Shown: in pieces, positions 60,469-64,000 of the stretch | Numbering within the stretch: the first letter of the stretch is position 1 | Layout: each line of letters begins with the position of its first letter | Source of the DNA: Sphingobacterium sp. | GTDB taxonomy: Bacteria; Bacteroidota; Bacteroidia; Sphingobacteriales; Sphingobacteriaceae | NCBI GenBank assembly: GCA_031277685.1 | Contig: JAITLV010000065.1 | Span: 49,417 to 113,416, forward strand | Direction: 5' to 3' | Length of the DNA: 64,000 nt | Notes under the pieces: model-generated | Seen by the model: only the letters and a program-made list of their open reading frames with translations | Databases searched by the model: none | Told to the model about the DNA's origin: nothing | Made by a program: the position numbers and the translations under genes

Positions 60469-62091
60469 CTAAAAGCGAAAAGCAGGCGCTGCAATTTCCT
60501 GCACTTTGCTTTTCCTAAATTCCTTCATGCTGGCGGGTTCCCTGTCTTCCAATTCGGCAAAATCCACGACAGCATTGTCTTTGGCCCAACGAAAATAGGC
60601 AGTGGACAGACGCGATACCACCTCATGATGTTGTCCTGCAATATCTTTTCGCTCGGTCGGATCAGCCTCCAGGTCATAGAGTTCCCATTTGTAGGAAGGC
60701 CAGGTCGAGACCAATTTCCACTTTCCGATCCGTGCCGCACGATTGCCTGCACGTTCCCAAAAAAGACCTTCTTCCCGTTTTATGGTATCCTGTCCCTCGA
60801 AAAGTACTGGAAGTAAACTTTTCCCTGGGAGTTTATTTGCCTGATGTCCTTGGTATTCTGTTGGATACTCCGCTCCTGCCAGTTCATAGAACGTTGGCGC
60901 CAAGTCTATTATATGCCCAGTTCCTTTCTTTATTCCCTGTGGAATCCTACCGGGAAACCAAGCAATAAATGGGGCATTGATACCACCTTCATAGGTATAA
61001 TCTTTAAAAGCTTTAAATGGTGTATTGGATGCATAGGACCAGTTTTTACTTTGTGATTCAAATGAGCCAGCTGTACCAACGGGACCGCTATTTAAGCGGG
61101 CACCGTGGAACCACTGGACGAGATCTTCTGCTGGAGCACCATTGTCCGAGAGAAAAACAATAAGGGTATTGTCCAACTGTCCGTTATCTTCCAATTTTCT
61201 CAATAATTTACCAATGGTCTGGTCCAGGCGATCGACCATGGCGGCGAATACTTCCATCTTCTTAGCCCACAGCTGTCTTTGATCAAAAGACAAACGCTCC
61301 CAATCGTAAAGATCTTCATCAGCGGTAGAAAGTGCGGTCGTACTGGTGACAATACCTAGTTTTTTTTGCCGTTCAAAACGTTCATGTCTAATATTCTCCC
61401 ATCCCTTGTCGTAGTACCCCTTGTACTTGGCGATATCTTGTGGGAGGGCGACCAAAGGCCAATGCGGTGCAGTATGTGCTAAATAAAGAAAGAACGGCTT
61501 GTCCTGTCCTTTGATCTGATCCAAAAAGCCCTCGGCTTCCCGATTGATCAGTTCTGTGGAGAAGGAACTTTCCAGCGGGTAACCTTCGTCATCCGTAGCC
61601 CCCTTAAATGTTGGTGCACCAGCATCTGAATTCTTTTCTTCTCGTGGGAAAACTAAATCAAAACCACGATCCCAGGGCAGGCTCTTTCCTTTCCCCGATA
61701 CATGCCATTTGCCGGATGTCGCTGTGATATAACCATTGGAACGAAGAACCTCAGCAATCGTCAATGATTCGGCGTTGATATACCCCTGATAAGCTGGTAG
61801 TCCTAAATCGTTGGAAAAATACCCCACCCCTGCTTTGTGCTGATACTGCCCTGTAATGAGTGAAGCACGTGTCGGTGCACAGATGGAATTGTTATAAAAT
61901 TGCTTTAATCGTACACCCTCATTCGCCAAACGATCGAGATTAGGGGTTGCGATCTCCGAACCATAAGCTCCTAAATCTGAATATCCGAGATCATCAGCGA
62001 GGATCAGGATTATATTTGGTTTTTTATTTTGTGGCAGCGCAGCACTCGTCCATCCCAGAATAAGTGCCATACATAGGATTATCTTCTTCAT
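60469..62091 (-). CDS. Arylsulfatase (S1, Cys-type)
   Basis: ADDLG, CAPTR (CxPxR), GKWH, SDNG. Confidence 0.93.
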   Translation of the reverse strand: MKKIILCMALILGWTSAALPQNKKPNIILILADDLGYSDLGAYGSEIATPNLDRLANEGVRLKQFYNNSICAPTRASLITGQYQHKAGVGYFSNDLGLPAYQGYINAESLTIAEVLRSNGYITATSGKWHVSGKGKSLPWDRGFDLVFPREEKNSDAGAPTFKGATDDEGYPLESSFSTELINREAEGFLDQIKGQDKPFFLYLAHTAPHWPLVALPQDIAKYKGYYDKGWENIRHERFERQKKLGIVTSTTALSTADEDLYDWERLSFDQRQLWAKKMEVFAAMVDRLDQTIGKLLRKLEDNGQLDNTLIVFLSDNGAPAEDLVQWFHGARLNSGPVGTAGSFESQSKNWSYASNTPFKAFKDYTYEGGINAPFIAWFPGRIPQGIKKGTGHIIDLAPTFYELAGAEYPTEYQGHQANKLPGKSLLPVLFEGQDTIKREEGLFWERAGNRAARIGKWKLVSTWPSYKWELYDLEADPTERKDIAGQHHEVVSRLSTAYFRWAKDNAVVDFAELEDREPASMKEFRKSKVQEIAAPAFRF

Positions 62092-62107
62092 ATCATTACT
62101 TTTATGC

Positions 62108-63700
62108 TTAACGAAATTGATTAGTTGTTTTCAGGCGTTTATAGTCTACCACTCCATTTTCTTTTGCCCAGACTGCATAGCGGGATTCCAGCTCCTTCAC
62201 AATTTCAGGATATTGATTGGCTAGATTGACGTTTTCCCCCCGATCTTCATCGATATTATAGAGCTGTGGTTTATTCCCGTCGCTGAAAAGCGATACAAGT
62301 TTCCATTTGCCCCAACGTACGGCCTTGTTTCCAGCTCGCTCCCAAAACAATGGAACCTTCCGGTCAACCTGGTTTTGATCGGTATGCAATAGCTGCCGTA
62401 AACTTATCCCGGGCAAGGGATTAATGGCAAGATTTCCTTGGGTCAAAGGATATTTTGCAGCGGCAAAATCATACAATGTAGGTGCTATGTCAATCAGATG
62501 GCCAGTCCCCTTCTTCACGACATTAGCTTTGACCTCCTTTGGATACCAGACAATAAATGGGGCACCAATACCGCCCTCGTAAGGGTTATCTTTATAACTT
62601 CGTAAAGGGGCATTACCTGTTTGGGACCAATTGCTATTTTGTATATCATAAGAACCCGGACGGCCGACAGACGCTGTATTTCTGGTGGTATAGATGCGAT
62701 TACGTTCTCCGCCCTGTGCACCGTTGTCAGACAAAAAGATAATAATGGTATTCTTGTCTTTTTTTAATTCTTTGAGTGTTTGCCGGACTTTTCCGATACT
62801 CTGGTCTACGCGATCCACCATGGCCGCAAACACTTGCTGCCGACGTTGCCAGTACTGTTGTTCATCGTAGGTTAGCTTATCCCATACCTGTACACTTGAA
62901 TCCTTGCCTGCAATAGCCTGTCCTTTGGGAAAAACACCTTTCTGAAGCGCATTTTCGTAACGCTTGATCCGCAAGCTATCCCATCCTGGACGATATACAC
63001 CCTGATATTTTTGAACCTCTTCTTCTGGAGCCTGTAGTGGCCAATGCGGCGCGTTGAAAGCGAGGTACAGAAAAAATGGTTTTTTATCCTGTGCCTGCTC
63101 CCGCAAAAAACCGATGGCCTGATCAGTGATTTCGTCAGTCAGATAGCGGTTTTTGGGCAGATAGAAAGGCTTGTTATTACGGAATAGCGGTACTGTCGGG
63201 TTTTCCGGGCCGTTGATTTCATAAAAATTGGAAGCCCCGCCAACAAAATTAAATGAACGTTCAAAACCACGTTGCGCAGGCCATTGCCCATAATCATCAC
63301 CGACATGCCATTTTCCAGCGATAATGGTGGAATAGCCGGCTCCTTTCAGTACTTCGGCCAAGGTCTGCGATTCGTGATTTAGAAATCCCTGATAGGCTGG
63401 CAAGCCGAGATTAACATTAAAATAGCCCATGCCGGCACGATGGGCATATTGCCCGGTCAGCAATGTCGCCCGTGTAGGGGCACAGATCGAATTGTTATAG
63501 AACTCTTGGAAGCGTGTTCCTTGCTGCGCCAATTCCGTTAAATTTGGCGTCTGAAAATCAGTACCCCCATAGGGTTCAATATCTGAAAACCCTAAGTCAT
63601 CAACCAAGATTAAGACAATATTCGGTCGCTTATCCTGCGCAAAGCTCCTATTCAACAGGCTACTTAGGCAAATCAATAAAAAAATATGCACTGTTTTCAT
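62108..63700 (-). CDS. Arylsulfatase (S1, Cys-type)
   Basis: VDDLG, CAPTR, GKWH, SDNG; paralogue of the adjacent gene. Confidence 0.93.
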   Translation of the reverse strand: MKTVHIFLLICLSSLLNRSFAQDKRPNIVLILVDDLGFSDIEPYGGTDFQTPNLTELAQQGTRFQEFYNNSICAPTRATLLTGQYAHRAGMGYFNVNLGLPAYQGFLNHESQTLAEVLKGAGYSTIIAGKWHVGDDYGQWPAQRGFERSFNFVGGASNFYEINGPENPTVPLFRNNKPFYLPKNRYLTDEITDQAIGFLREQAQDKKPFFLYLAFNAPHWPLQAPEEEVQKYQGVYRPGWDSLRIKRYENALQKGVFPKGQAIAGKDSSVQVWDKLTYDEQQYWQRRQQVFAAMVDRVDQSIGKVRQTLKELKKDKNTIIIFLSDNGAQGGERNRIYTTRNTASVGRPGSYDIQNSNWSQTGNAPLRSYKDNPYEGGIGAPFIVWYPKEVKANVVKKGTGHLIDIAPTLYDFAAAKYPLTQGNLAINPLPGISLRQLLHTDQNQVDRKVPLFWERAGNKAVRWGKWKLVSLFSDGNKPQLYNIDEDRGENVNLANQYPEIVKELESRYAVWAKENGVVDYKRLKTTNQFR

Positions 63701-63752
63701 AATTTATCGTTTTATGGGATTTATTAAATTTAGCGTATACGTTCATGGGCAA

Positions 63753-64000
63753 TTATTTGGTCAGCCAATCGGGATGTTGTTCCAAATTGGGGTTTAAATT
63801 CAATTCGCGCTGCGGTGTTGGGAAATGAATATGCCGTGCTGCGGCATTTGTTTTTCCGGCAGCTTTCAGTTTTGTGACGTAGTAGGCTGAACCGCGACGA
63901 GCCAAGTCAAACCAGCGCTGATATTCATAGACCAACTCCTTGCGGCGTTCTTCGAATACCAGCTCTCGAAAACTATCTTTGTTTTCCGTGTCCAGCACAG
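63753..64000 (-). CDS. RagB/SusD family protein, C-terminal part
   Basis: ERRKELVYE.QRWFDL.R, FPTPQRE...NPNL. Confidence 0.9.
   Translation of the reverse strand, partial: VLDTENKDSFRELVFEERRKELVYEYQRWFDLARRGSAYYVTKLKAAGKTNAAARHIHFPTPQRELNLNPNLEQHPDWLTK

Overview
AT-rich Bacteroidota chromosomal segment; gene content and A-rich, SD-less start contexts suggest Sphingobacterium or a relative (inferred, not searched). It holds about 70 genes: a Crp/Fnr-ribB-siderophore reductase unit, several AraC/MFS pairs, a frameshifted DUF389 gene, a DUF6660-czcA(TolC-fused)-czcB-P1B ATPase metal-efflux operon, a fimbrillin-like lipoprotein with an unlisted 55-aa peptide, an oxidative L-fucose cluster, tRNA-His, ada, a metal-uptake TonB unit, cobB, a second GH29, rnhA, two sulfatases and a susD end. 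The main observation is a patch of small stress-type genes (about 30.9-39.7 kb, plus a satellite at 48.1-50.4 kb). Nearly every transcription unit there has the same AAC-N18-GTT element 19-96 nt upstream (11 exact copies, one N19). This suggests an ECF-sigma general-stress regulon that includes two orphan NarL regulators, a nucleotidyltransferase/metallophosphoesterase pair and an unannotated 36-aa peptide. No CRISPR array, integrase or transposase was seen. All calls come from reading motifs by eye; no database search was run.
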